From: Eledone cirrhosa
Taxonomy: Eukaryota
Length of the DNA stretch: 64,000 nt
Direction: 5' to 3'
NCBI GenBank assembly: GCA_964016885.1
Contig: OZ024744.1
Location: 14,198,001 to 14,262,000, forward strand
Of this stretch, positions 1 through 11,639 are shown in pieces. Each line of letters opens with the position of its first letter. The first letter of the stretch is position 1. The position numbers were made by a program, and so were the translations under genes. The notes under the pieces are model-generated. The model did no database searches, was not told the DNA's origin, and saw nothing but the letters and a program-made list of their open reading frames with translations.

Positions 1-399
1 GATCGCCTGTACCTCTTGAGGTAGGCGAGAGAAGAACAATTGCTTCAGGAAAAGGCTATCCTGATCTTGGGAATCACTCAAATCCCGCAAATGCCGGAGA
101 AAAGCGGTAGGGGTCCTGTCACCTAATCGTTCGTCCTCGATCAATGACCGAAAACGACTCTCTACCGACTTACAGTTCCTTCTCAAGATCTCGCTTCTTA
201 AAGACCCATACGTTAAGTCAGAGGGGGGGAGGTCTGTAATTAGATCTTGGACCGAATCTGCTAGATTAGGGGGAAGTCCGCTAATCAAGACAGCGAGGCG
301 CTGGTCAGACTCGGTCTTACAGACCGTAATATACGCCTGTAGCTGGGCAAACCACAGCTTAGGGTTTCCAGTAAAGGCGGGCAAATGTGGCGCATTCAT
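1..399 (-). CDS. Gypsy/Ty3 LTR-retrotransposon Gag N-terminus (runs off window edge)
   Basis: Manual translation from ATG at 399: MNAPHLPAFTGNPKLWFAQLQAY...ERLGDRTPTAFLRHLRDL...FLKQLFFSRLPQEVQAI, open to position 1. LP-F---P-LWF-Q, LGDR-P---LR and LF--RLP are typical of this gag class. PBS and LTR lie upstream. Confidence 0.85.
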   Translation of the reverse strand, partial: MNAPHLPAFTGNPKLWFAQLQAYITVCKTESDQRLAVLISGLPPNLADSVQDLITDLPPSDLTYGSLRSEILRRNCKSVESRFRSLIEDERLGDRTPTAFLRHLRDLSDSQDQDSLFLKQLFFSRLPQEVQAI

Positions 400-1035
400 T
401 GTGAAACGTTTAAAATTAAAAAAAAATATATATATAAACAGCAATTAATGTACCCTCGTACAGGGAAAAGCAAACACCCAAAATGAAAAAAAAAATGAAA
501 GGTCAAAAAGAAACAGACATTCAAAACATTAGGAAATGGCAAAAATACATAAAATACATATATATATTTAAAAAAAAAAAATGTTTTCCTTCAACGTCTG
601 TCCCCTTGTGTTGCTTCAACGGGCCAGTAAATCAAATAACCCGTGAAAAAGAGAAAAAAAAATGTTTGTCTTAGAATATATCCACGTTGGATATCAACAA
701 TAGGTAGCCTGTGGCTAAAAATCCCTTAGAAAAAAAGTAAGGCATGTATATCCCCTGCGGGGCAGTAATGTTCACAAAAAAGATTTTTTCCTTGATCAAA
801 TATGGAATACACGCAATTCAAAATGTCTCTGTCCTGGCGGAAAATTACAAAACGGGGAAGGGAAGCAGCGCCATCTTGCAAAAAATATTGGCTGGTTTGT
901 ATACATTGTCAATACGGTATAAACACTTTATTATTTCTCTGTCTTTTTTTTTGTATTTTCGTAAGTTGCGAAAAGGTTGGCAACGTGGTAATAACAGTGA
1001 AGTTCAACTGAATAAAAAGGCTGCGTAAAATTCTT

Positions 1036-1048
1036 ACGTCGGTCACCA
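1036..1048 (-). promoter_or_regulatory. Primer-binding site, tRNA-Trp-like
   Basis: Minus strand TGGTGACCGACGT, 1 nt after the LTR-terminal CA; resembles the tRNA-Trp PBS TGGTGACCCCGACGTG. Confidence 0.7.
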
Positions 1049-1049
1049 G

Positions 1050-1303
1050 TGTGGTAAAATGAAGTATCCTAGTTGGATTGTTTATCGACATAGACGTGAG
1101 AGAAGGTCCCTCGTCTATTTACCATTTTTTGTAAGTGAGAATTATAACAAAGTGAGTGGGGTGTGTGCGTAAACAAGACAATAACCACAACGAGAGTTAT
1201 ATTCAACAAATGTAAATAATGGTGATGTTTATTTTGTTTATATGTGTTTATTATATTACAAATGAAACATACTTTGTAATTGTAATACGCTCCTTTCACC
1301 ACA
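1050..1303 (-). mobile_element. 5' LTR of the Gypsy element
   Basis: TG...CA termini with TGTGGT/ACCACA terminal inverted repeat; followed by PBS and gag. Confidence 0.75.
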
Positions 1304-1317
1304 TAGACGCGGTCAGT

Positions 1318-1539
1318 TGTGGTGAAAGGAGCGTATTACAATTACAAAGGTATTGTGGGGTTTGCTGTTTGCTGTTCCCTTGGCTGTTTATCGTTTCGTG
1401 GTACAGAGGCTGTTTTCTGTAGCGTGTATATCGTCTTCTTTCCCGTGGCTGTCTGTGTTTACCTCTGGTGTTCTCAACCAGGGGGAGACAACTAGGCTTG
1501 GTCCATTATCCGCTAGGAGGCGTGAGGCGTCTTACTACA
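1318..1539 (+). mobile_element. Related solo LTR in opposite orientation
   Basis: First 32 nt identical to the start of the 1050-1303 LTR; ends TACTACA. No TSD found. Confidence 0.5.
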
Positions 1540-1660
1540 CATACATACATATTTACCTAGTTGATGTTGCGTAAATTCCAATGAGAGAGTCTTGTGTCTA
1601 TTTTAGAAACCGACTCTCTCTCTATTGGTAAAACTTTGTGAAATTAGAAAACCAGAAGAA

Positions 1661-1770
1661 CATACATACACATACATACATACATACATACATACATACA
1701 TACATACATACATACATACATACATACATACATACATACATACATACATACATACATACATACATACATA
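1661..1770. repeat. (TACA)n microsatellite
   Basis: Directly visible. Confidence 0.95.
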
Positions 1771-1780
1771 ATCGGATGCT

Positions 1781-2063
1781 GCCGAAGTTGCAGGTGTTTG
1801 ATATTCTATTGGAGGTATCTTACTGACCTCTACCAACAAGTTCTTAAGGGAGATACACTTATACCAAAATGGTTGACATTAGCACAAACATTACTGGTCC
1901 CCAAGAACAAAGACACCCACTTGGCAAAAAAACTACCGACCCATTGCATGCCAGAACCTGATGTATAAGATGTATACAGCCTGCCTGAACCTATTCCTCC
2001 AAGCTCACTGTGAAAATAATAACATCAACACAGATGAACAAGCAGCTGGAAAGGAAGTGCAAG
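1781..2063 (+). pseudogene. Non-LTR RT N-terminal fragment (R4/NeSL-like RLE clades), frameshifted
   Basis: Reads IPKWLTLAQTLLVPKNKDT...NYRPIACQNLMYKMYTACL...EQAAG (RT motifs 1-2). Confidence 0.7.
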
Positions 2064-2617
2064 GTAAGCATCAGACTTACCTTGCACTTTGCCCACCACG
2101 TGTGTAAACCACACAAATGCCGCCCTGGAGCTAACCATGACGGGTTTTCGATATATTGGCTGTCTTGTAGAAACAGTGCAAGTCTTGAAGAACATCATTA
2201 GAAGGAGCCTCGATGTGGCTGGTTTCCCGACACAACTAGAGCCTGTCACTTCGACAAAGATGACGTTAAGCTTCCAGACATGATTACCTGTCTGGAAGCT
2301 TCTTGTTTGAATGGGGCAATTCCCTCATCTGGGATCTCAAATATCACGACAATCTTATCGTTTCAGTCACAAATCCAGGAGCAACGCAGATTATTTATAC
2401 CAGGCACTGACTGAGCGTTCAGCTTTTCATGTCAGTCGCTATCGAGACCTCTGGTAGTCTCCGTCTTGGAATGCTATTTTCCTTCGTCAAATCGGGAAGA
2501 GGGCATCACGCACGAGGAAGGATCGTCCGAGGTAGAAGGGCTGAAGAAACAGGTGTCGTTGGTTGTTCTCACTGGCAGTGCTTTCATCATCTTGTTTGCG
2601 GGATGACGAAATGTTGA
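2064..2617 (+). pseudogene. Degenerate CRE-like RLE C-terminal fragment
   Basis: VCKPHKC...LSC...NIIRRSLDVAGFPTQLEP parallels the C-terminus encoded at 14300-14912. Confidence 0.65.
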
Positions 2618-2837
2618 GTGAGAAATACAGTGAGAGAGACTGTGTGTGAATGACAGATATCACCATAGTAACTAACTACACAACAAATAACACTTTCCCG
2701 ACAATACTAAAATATACCGTCAAACGGCTTTTTATTTTTTATTTTTACTTTTCGTAATTGCGATGTTTTTGTTGATTTTACTGAATAAACGTGAATAAAT
2801 AAATAAATAAATAATCAGTGAACAAACAAATAAAATA

Positions 2838-3169
2838 CAGTGGAATCTCGGTTCACGAACGCCTCTCATCACGGACAAATCGGCTCACGAACAATTTTTC
2901 CGAACGTCACATGTCTTGGTTCACGAAAGGTGTCTCGAGTAACGAACACGCAAGCCAACAACAACAGTTAACAAACTTGGAGTATTAGCGGGAAAGCGTC
3001 ACTTGCTGTATAATTAGTTACTATGGTGATATCTATCTGTATTTGACACACAGCCACCCTCTCTCTCTCTCTCATCATTTCGTATGGGAAAATAGTTTCG
3101 GCTTACGAACATTTCGGTTGACGAACGGCCTTTAGGAACGAATTAAGTTGGTGAACCAAAGTTCCCCAG
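2838..3169. mobile_element. pogo/Tigger-like MITE
   Basis: TA|CAGTGGAATCTCGGTTCACGAAC left TIR, degenerate right TIR GTTGGTGAACCAAAGTTCCCCAG, internal ACGAAC subterminal repeats. Confidence 0.65.
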
Positions 3170-3530
3170 AATACAGACAATAAAGAATAGTTATATATAA
3201 ATGGATTAGAAACTGGTAGAAGCAGGTTGTATTTTATTATCTTAGGTATTTTCATTTCCCATATAAATGTCAGGTTTTGACCCCTAAACTTCAATTAACT
3301 CTCTGAGTAGTGACATTGACCGGCAGGGATGTGATAACAACCAGTTTCAGGGAGATATTTTACGCTATGATGTGTTCTAATGGTGTTCACGTGAAGCTGC
3401 CTTTATCTGGCTTATTTTTAAATGTAAGTGATATTCTCAGAGGAGTGAACAACATATGACCGAATAAGAAGATCGTTAGACAATCATTAGCACCCAGATT
3501 CGATTCAACTGTGTGACAGACCTGCCAACC

Positions 3531-4001
3531 TGTAACGGAATTCTCCTATAAATTACCCGGCGAAGATTCGAAACTGAATCTGAGAGTTCTCGCCTCTGAG
3601 ACAACCCATTATCGGGAAGTTCCCACGATTGTCCTGTCAAGAAACAAGTATAATTAACGTACCAATTGATCTGTGACCCCAGCTTGTAGACAGGGGAAAC
3701 ACAGATGGCTGATCATAAACACATCCTTCTAGCTATAGGACTTGGGAAACCAAATACAAAGATTTGGGAAAACCAGCAGCCAGACCGAAGCAGCAAGTCC
3801 GTGAGAGATTACGATGTAACCAATTCACTTTTACTCTATCTCTCTCCCCTGGCCTCACTGGCTTTCACCTTCTCGGCCACAGACTACAAGCAGTCCTTCA
3901 GAGGAATAACGAATACCAAGGATACATACATATACACACACTCAGTAGGTTTGCTTATACTGTTTACTTCTGTGTTTTATCTATATATATATGATATAAC
4001 A
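3531..4001 (+). mobile_element. Probable solo LTR (second family member at about 31709-32262)
   Basis: Starts TGTAACGGAA; shares CCGGCGAAGATTCGAAAC..TCTCGCCTCTG..TTGTCCTGTCAAGA..CTGTGACCCCAGCTT with 31709-31865. Right end approximate. Confidence 0.45.
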
Positions 4002-4132
4002 GTGAGAAAAACTACAGACCCTCCATCTCAACTCTACTTTTGAAAAGCAGAAGAACTGCAAAACCGGTAACGGAACCAAATAAATATATATATTTTAAAA
4101 AAAATAAGAGTCCAGTTGCATTTTCGATTTCA

Positions 4133-4201
<69 letters not shown>

Positions 4202-4289
4202 ATATTTGGGGAGGGTCATATTTGCGTAATATTGCCAGAATTAATAACAGAACACACTCACTGTTTGGTTGGTTTTCGCTTATATATTT

Positions 4290-4889
4290 ATATATTTCGT
4301 ATCTGAATTTGTTTAGCAAGATTCTTTATCTGAAATCGTGTGTTGAAACCGATATTGTTATACTTTGGGAGGGTCATGTTGCCAATAAGAAACACACGCA
4401 CCAGTTGCTTTCACTTCAATTTATTATATATTTATAAATTTACAAATCTACAAACTCATAAATTTCTGGTTGGTTGGTTGGTTCCACAACCAGATAGTTG
4501 TTTATATATAGTCATAGTCCTTTCGTCACACACTCTGTGACCTCTTCAGTGACTGGGGATTCCTTTCTTTGTTTCTGTGCCTTTCCTTTCTTCTGTCCTA
4601 CGCCATTTTGTGAGAAACATTTCTCACAAAATGGCGTAGGACAGAAGAAAGGAAAGGCACAGAAACAAAGAAAGGAATCCCCAGTCACTGAAGAGGTCAC
4701 AGAGTGTGTGACGAAAGGACTATGACTATATATAAACAACTATCTGGTTGTGGAACCAACCAACCAGAAATTTATGAGTTTGTAGATTTGTAAATTTATA
4801 AATTTATAAATATATAATAAATTGAAGTGAAAGCAACTGGTGCGTGTGTTTCTTATTGGCAACATGACCCTCCCAAAGTATAACAATAT
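4290..4889. mobile_element. Non-autonomous PLE pLTR palindrome (same family as 42813-44695)
   Basis: Inverted arms of about 265 bp centred at 4618/4619 with almost no spacer; an HHR in each arm; extra tail 4290-4352 on the left only. Confidence 0.8.
4683..4727 (+). ncRNA. Minimal type I hammerhead ribozyme (mirror copy 4510-4554 on minus)
   Basis: AGTCA-CTGAAGA-g-GTCACA gagtg TGTGAC-GAAA-GGAC-TA-TGACT; stems I and II pair; one extra G after the core. Confidence 0.7.
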
Positions 4890-4912
4890 ATTTATATATA
4901 TATATATATATG

Positions 4913-5436
4913 AATGTATACTTGGCAATATACCGTATGTTTAATAAGAAACATTTAGAAGACCATACGCTATTTTATTGGTTTTAAAGCAGTAACCATG
5001 TCACTTACTTCTTTTCGGCGAAAGAAGGGAGAGAAGCTAACAGTCTGTTTGGCGATCATCAGAGCCACGTACTCCCTGCTTCCGCCGAAAATTATAGAAG
5101 CTGGATTCTTATAGAATTCCAGTAATAATCAGGAGCTGATTAAACAGAGCGATTGCCGGTCCAGAAAAAATTAGGTATTAGGATTGGTGCTCTGAAATAG
5201 CGATGTATACATGAATGTATGTATAGTATATTTGGCAATATACCGTATGGCTCTGACGATCGACTGTTAGCTTCTCTCCCTTCTTTCGCCGAAAAGAAGT
5301 AAGTGACATAGTCACTACTTTAAAACCGATAGCGTATGGTCTTCAAAATGTTTTTAATTAAACATGCGGTATATTGCCAAATATACTATACATACATTCA
5401 TGTATACATCGCTATTTCAGAGCACCAATCCTAATA
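4913..5436. repeat. About 310-bp unit, tandem plus inverted copy, PLE/retrozyme-like
   Basis: TTGGCAATATACCGTATG at 4922 and 5232; 5248-5436 is an inverted copy; CTGATGA/CTGACGA present but no full HHR fold found. Confidence 0.6.
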
Positions 5437-5602
5437 TATATATATATTTATATCTCTGTTGTTGTCTCCTTGAACTATATATACTAGCAGAAAAACCGCA
5501 ATTGGGCGGTTTTCTGCTAGCATGCGTAGTGTGCGGATTGGTATTATACACAAATATATATGCATATAGATATATGTAAATTGAAAAGTAAATTAACAAT
5601 AT

Positions 5603-6270
5603 CTTCTTCTTCGCCCACTTATTTCTGAGAGGGTCGTGGGGGCAGAGTCCTCAAACTCTCCTTCCAGAGAGTCTGTCAGTAGCAAACATCTCTAACTGAT
5701 CCAGCTGGATCCCAAAGCGTGACCAGCTAATCTCATGGATGTTATCCAACTATCTTGCTCAGGGTCTACCCCTGGGTCTCTTGACGGTTGGTTTTGCCTG
5801 TAAAATGTGTCCAGCGATTCTTTACTGAGACATCCTAACCACATGCTCATAATATCGGAGTTGGGATCTCTCAATTCGTAGAAGTAGCGGTTCTACCAGG
5901 AGTGACTCTCTGATCTCTGAGTTATGCACTTTATCGAGTAACGTTACTCCAAAGACCCTTCATAGGAACCCCATTTCTGCCAATTTTATTTGCAATTGTA
6001 TTCTTTTGGTCATTACTCAAGATTCATGATCCTTGGTAAGAGTTGGCAGGAATACCAGGAAGACAGCGAGTTTGGCTTTTACACTTAACTCCCTTTTGAA
6101 TGCTGAGGCTGGCGCTTTACTGCATCAGCTTTTGCAATTCTTGCACTTAATTCAGCCTCCTGCCTTCCATCACTCGTGAACACGGCTCCAAGATACTTGA
6201 ACCTCTCTAACTGCTTCAGTAGAACTCCATTCACATGTATATAAATTTGAGGGACTTCTGTCCACCCGTC
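5603..6270 (-). mobile_element. RTE-clade LINE, 5'-truncated, degenerate
   Basis: ERFKYLGAVFTSDG...RIAKA, AEMGFL-R--GVTLLDKVHNSEIR, RPRGRP motifs; (GAA)n 3' tail. Confidence 0.85.
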
Positions 6271-6444
6271 CATCACGCAATGTGTAGGTGCGTTTGTGTG
6301 AATTTATGTGTGTGTAAAAGGAAGGGAAGGGATACACACATATATATGTCTAACTTAAAAACAGTGACACACACGCACGTGTCTCTAATTTAAACATGCC
6401 GACAAACTCACGCGCGCGCACATACACATACTGTCCTATTACCA

Positions 6445-6887
6445 CTAAAGAGCTTTGGCCCGGGCAGGCAAACATCCCCTCAATTTTGGAACCGTCTGGG
6501 TTGTCCTGAATTGATGGGAAAAGACTTGACGGTCTTACTCTGTGCTCCTGGTCAATAGGCAGGTCCCTTACTGGGACGTCACAGTTAGTTTGCTTCTTCC
6601 CACATTCTGGATGTAGAGGTAAGGTGAGAGCTACAGCATCCGCAGCTGAACGGAACAAAATCCTAAAATACCGAGTTCTATCAGCTAACTACATTATCCA
6701 GCCTGTGACGTTCGAGACGTTTGGGGGAGTCGGGCTACTCACAGTGAGGTTCTTATCTTCACTGGCGGCTCGCCAAACAGAGGTAATTGGTGATGCTCAT
6801 GAGGGCACTTGGTTGTTCCAGTACCTCAGCCGCGCCATCACCCCAGGTAAGGCTGCGAGCGTGCTGGCCTGCCTCAAAGATTATTAG
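6445..6887 (+). pseudogene. CRE-like RLE C-terminal fragment
   Basis: LEPSGLS-IDGKRLDGLT...AAERNKILKY...PVTFETFG...WLFQYLSRAI; homologous to 14358-14912. Confidence 0.8.
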
Positions 6888-7740
6888 AGAGGTTTCCCAG
6901 TGCTCCTCTCTATATTGCTATATTTTGCTCTGGTAGTGGCTCGTTTTTACCACTCTTTCGCCTGCATATTGTCTAGTGGCCTAAGATGTGTGTATTACCT
7001 GCCTGTGTATTATTTCTCTTTCTTTTTTTCCCTTCCCTTTCCTTTGTATATATTATTAGTGTTTTCCTTCTGTAACAATTATATTAAATGAGTTTTAAAA
7101 AAAGAGTTAATAAATAAATAAAACGTTATACTTGTTTTACCCTCCCATTTCCAATTCACCGAACGCTATCATGACTGTATGTGTGTGTTTGTGTAAATGT
7201 ATATGTGTGAATGTATGTATGTTTGTGTGAAAGTATGTGTATTTGTGTGAATGTATATATGTTTGTGTGAATGTTTGTATGTTTGTGTGAAAGTATGTGT
7301 GAATGTATGTATATTTGTGTGAAAGTATGTGTATTTGTGTGAATTATGTCCGTGAGTGTGTATTTTTATAAGTTTGTGTTTGCGCGATTATAGTTATATA
7401 CTCATAATAGTTATATACTCATACATACAGAAGTATGTATGTGCACACTCATACGCGTCAGCGTGAAGAAAATCATAATCTATCTATCTCTCTCATCACA
7501 CACTCTCTCTTTCTATATATATGGTAGTTGAAGAGGTGGTGGCGGCGACGATATACCGGAAGTGCAACTTTGAAAAGAAGTAAATTTTAAATTATTTATT
7601 TTAAGAAATTATCTGTTTACGAAATTTCGTACATAAATTATGTAATATTCATTCGTTATTTATTCAAAGTAATCCAACTTATTTTACTAACTGGATTAAA
7701 AGAAATAAACCATACACAATCGCACAGACCTTCCTTTATT

Positions 7741-7789
<49 letters not shown>

Positions 7790-7861
7790 CAAGGAGACAA
7801 CAGAGATATAAAAAGTCTTATTAGATTCACGCTTTATATTGGAAAGAGGAAAGAAAGTTCG

Positions 7862-7955
7862 ACTAATATGCAAATCTGGCTGATCAGTGGATCTGTTAAT
7901 ATGCAGATCTGACTGATCAGCCAGTTTGCTAATATGCAGATCAGGCCGATCAGTT
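7862..7955. repeat. About 34-bp tandem repeat, 3 copies
   Basis: TAATATGCARATC-G-C-GATCAG at about 7864, 7897 and 7930. Confidence 0.75.
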
Positions 7956-8231
7956 GCTGTATATTTTAGAAAATATCATATATTTTCACTAACTTTAACA
8001 GTTGGCAGATAAGCAGTAAACTGTATTGATAAAGGGTAATCACCCAGAAACATTAGTGTCTGCAGTTCTGTTTATATGTCAACACAAGAGTAAGAATGAG
8101 GGACTCATTCTACTGACTTGGCTTAAAAGAGGCTGTTTGCATAATTGTAAACGAATCGAATGTTACTATTAATATTCGAAAAACTCAGATTACATTTATT
8201 GTATTCAGCTATGTAGAGCGATAAATATTTG

Positions 8232-8289
<58 letters not shown>

Positions 8290-8602
8290 TAATAAAGCTG
8301 ACGGCCGTATGTATGTAACAAACTTTTCGCAAACGGCTGAACCAAACGGCACCAAATTTGCACCATATATGAGAGTGCTTGTATGTGTGTATATGTACAT
8401 GTGTATATATAGATTTATATATGTATATATATACATGTTTTCAACTTGTGTAAACATTATTTGACTCATTCTCTCTAGGGACTTTAGACTGAAGAACTGA
8501 CCACTAATTGATTTTACATATGTCTTTAACCCATTGATATCAAAGATTATTTGGCCAGCAGCTCATGGCAACTTGTGTGTAACTATATATATATAATATA
8601 AT

Positions 8603-9160
8603 GTCTCATGGTCAGATCGTTGGCGACTAAACTGGCAACCCCACCAAGGTTTCTTGGTGAGGAGGGTGACTTTGGACATCCTGCAGGACTAAAAACAAAA
8701 CCCGTCAAAGGGCAAAGTTGCTCTTAAGAGTCAATGGCCATCCAAAATCACCGGGAGAGATGACCCCTTAGCCTTTGTCAAGGCAGAATTCTAGGAGAAG
8801 GAAAACTCTGATATAACACCTGCAACTCTGATGGTATCCAATGATGTTGACTTGTTCTTCTTTTTTATAAATATCATCTTGGTTAAGAGAGTGGGACTGG
8901 CTTTGTGCAGTGCCTTTGCTCACTATAAAAGCTTCACGGCACAGGCATTTCTTTATATCTGGAGATCTCTCTGCACTTGTCGTCACATGGTACCATGGGC
9001 CCAGCACTATGTGTCAATGATTGTCACAAATGTAGTGTTTGTACCAGAGTTTTCAAGTCGTTGGCTGGACTAAAAAGTCACACTTGTTCAGCGCATCGGT
9101 AGGGGTCTCCTACATGGATATAAAGTAGTGGCCGTACTCGAAAACGAGTTGGCAGCCACC
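8603..9160 (-). mobile_element. Interspersed repeat, probable LINE 5' UTR or non-autonomous derivative (second copy 39744-40152)
   Basis: Two closely similar copies share the terminus GGTGGCTGCCAAC next to TA-rich DNA; no recognisable protein motif. Confidence 0.6.
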
Positions 9161-11257
9161 ATATATGTAATAATTGTTTCTACTTTAGGCACAAGACCAA
9201 CAATTACCCAGTGCATTACTGGTACTTTAATAATAATAATAATAATACTTCATTTATTGGCCACAAGAGCCGACATGTAGGGTACAATACAAAGACAGTG
9301 AGGGTTTACAATAAGCTCGAGTAAAAGTGCACAATGGCAAGACTAACTTAACAATGAAAATCTAAAAAATATAAAATAAACTCTGCATAAATATAACAAA
9401 ATAAATTCCCCTATAGGACGGTGGACGACTCAAGTACCCCACCAATCCTGAACCACCCTGCGCTTCTATGGCACCCGGGAGGGCACCACTCTCCTCCTCA
9501 AGTCAGCCAGCCTATAGGCGCATGGTCAGAGTAGGCCCACTCACACGAGCCATTCTTGTCTCATTCCCCCACCTTTCAGCAAATGTACTGGGGAGGGGTG
9601 AGCAGCACTTCTCTCTCCACCCTCACCTTCCTTTCCAGGTGAAACTTGAAGAAGTTGATGAAGGATTGACTGAAGAGAAAAGTGTCTGTCTTCAGTCCTT
9701 TCAACCTCGTCCACCATACAACCTCTTTCGCTACTGCCACCAAACAGAGGAAAATTGCCTGCCCTTCCTGGCCAAAAGAAGGTGGCGGGTTGATCTTCAT
9801 TATGGACTCGGCTGATAGCTGGATCGGTCCTACATGCAGCAACAGCTGTTCGACATAACTCCACAAGTCAGTAATGCACGGACACTGGACGAGTGCGTGC
9901 AGAATGGTTTCGTTGCTCTGTGCGCATTTCGGGCAGGTCCGTCTGACGGCACTTCCGTGCCTGTAGAGTTTATCTCGAACTGGTAGTGCCTCCTGTAGCA
10001 CTGCCAAGCGAGGGATTTCTGGAAATTGTCCATCGTCCTCGGCTCGAAAGTCCTCTGGAACAGACTGGTCAGTTCGACTTCGTCGAAGACCAGAGCCTCT
10101 CCGAGTGCGTTGACGCACTTTCCCACCATTAATCCTTTATAGAACTCGAGAGTGGAAGTTCCACTGACCGCATTTCCCGCCTGGTAGAGGGCAGTGAGTG
10201 CCTGGCAACATTCCAGATGCCAGTCACCTCGTCTTGGTCTCCTCTTGGCCCAGGACTGCAGCTCAGTCACGCCTCTGCCACGCGGGCCCATCAAACTCAG
10301 CTGCGCCTCTGCCACGCGGGCCCATCAAACACCCTTCGTTCCCTCATTTATCAGAGCACGCGCCTTAGCTCTGACAATGCAACCTTCGTGTTTCGCATTG
10401 AAGAAATGGTCTAATGCCATTCTCGCCGCTAGCACGTTAGTTGCAATGCCACTACAAATAGCCTCGTCTAACTTATCTACCAACTCCCCCTCCTTTCTAT
10501 TTATCTCTAATGCTACTTCTTTGCTAAACTCTATCGACATTACTCTAATCTCTCTTTTGAGAGCCCCCCCCCCCCATCTATTGTTGACGACTCCCTCTGT
10601 CAAACTGTTCTTAACTAAATTGTTGACCCGGTCCCTGTAAGCCTTACGTGCCTGAAACGACATGTTCAGATTCCAGTAACCAGGTCCTAACCTACGCTTT
10701 TTATCTATGTTGACCATACAGATCACAAACTTGTGATCTGAATAAGCGATCGTTTTAAAAAGTGGACAGCTTACACTACTTCTATCTATTTTCCTCATGA
10801 AAATCCTGTCTATATACTATCTAGATGGTCCTATGCGGTTGGTCCACATCCACAATGGCGCATTAGGGAAATCTAGTCAGTACTTGTCAGAGAGTTAGAA
10901 CTGAGGTACTTGAGGCCTTTGCACCCCCCGCTCCTATCGGATACTCCCACACAGCCCCAGCGTGCATCTAAGATGCCGTTCCAGAAATAAAGAAATATAT
11001 AAAAATATATATTTTTGTAAATAAGACAATAGATCCGTGTGGAAATGGAAGCACCAATTGAAACATAAGTTTTAAATCTCCGAAACCGTTCATGAAAGTA
11101 TTGAAGAAGACAAGAAAACACACTTCGATCTTCCGACGTGGAAGAGGCTCCTATCAGAAGAAACCGTCACTGAATCATCATTTTTCTTACCTGTTGTACA
11201 AACCTGGCTGGACACAGAACACTGCACAGACATTCTAATAATTCTATAGAGTTATGA

Positions 11258-11372
11258 AATAATTGTTTCTACTTTTGGCACAAGGCCAGCAATTACCCAG
11301 TAGATTACTGGTACTTTATTTTATCGACCCCATAAGGATGAAAGGCAAAGTTAACCTCGGCGGGATTTATGA
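11258..11372 (-). mobile_element. tRNA-derived SINE, partial
   Basis: Matches 25483-25671; other partial copies at 9172-9228, 28192-28347, 29293-29337, 34540-34620 and 63091-63187. Confidence 0.85.
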
Positions 11373-11639
11373 AATAATACATATGAATAAGCCATAGATG
11401 ACGAACATCATTAAGTAATGTCAGTTTCATGAGGAGATAAAACGGCTCCATCCTTTTGAAGAAAAAAAACAAAAAAGATGAGTATAAATCCTGGAAAACT
11501 GTAAGTCCGGTATTGGAAAAAAAAAAAAAAAAAATTACAAGGTATTGACACTCAAAATTCACTATTTTCCTTTTACTTTGCTCCACTTTCCAAATTAAAT
11601 GACACGACGGTTCAGTTATATTCAAATATTGTAAGCGCA

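Noticed and set aside
5484-5520. Hairpin CTAGCAGAAAA..TTTTCTGCTAG as terminator or miRNA
   Set aside because: More like a Helitron-type terminal remnant; too short to assign.
7535-7585. Possible promoter (ETS motif CCGGAAGTG, GGCGGCG)
   Set aside because: A short motif alone is not enough; no transcript evidence.
9100-9160. HDV-like ribozyme at the repeat terminus
   Set aside because: A P1-like stem exists, but no P1.1, P3, P2 or catalytic C arrangement could be built.
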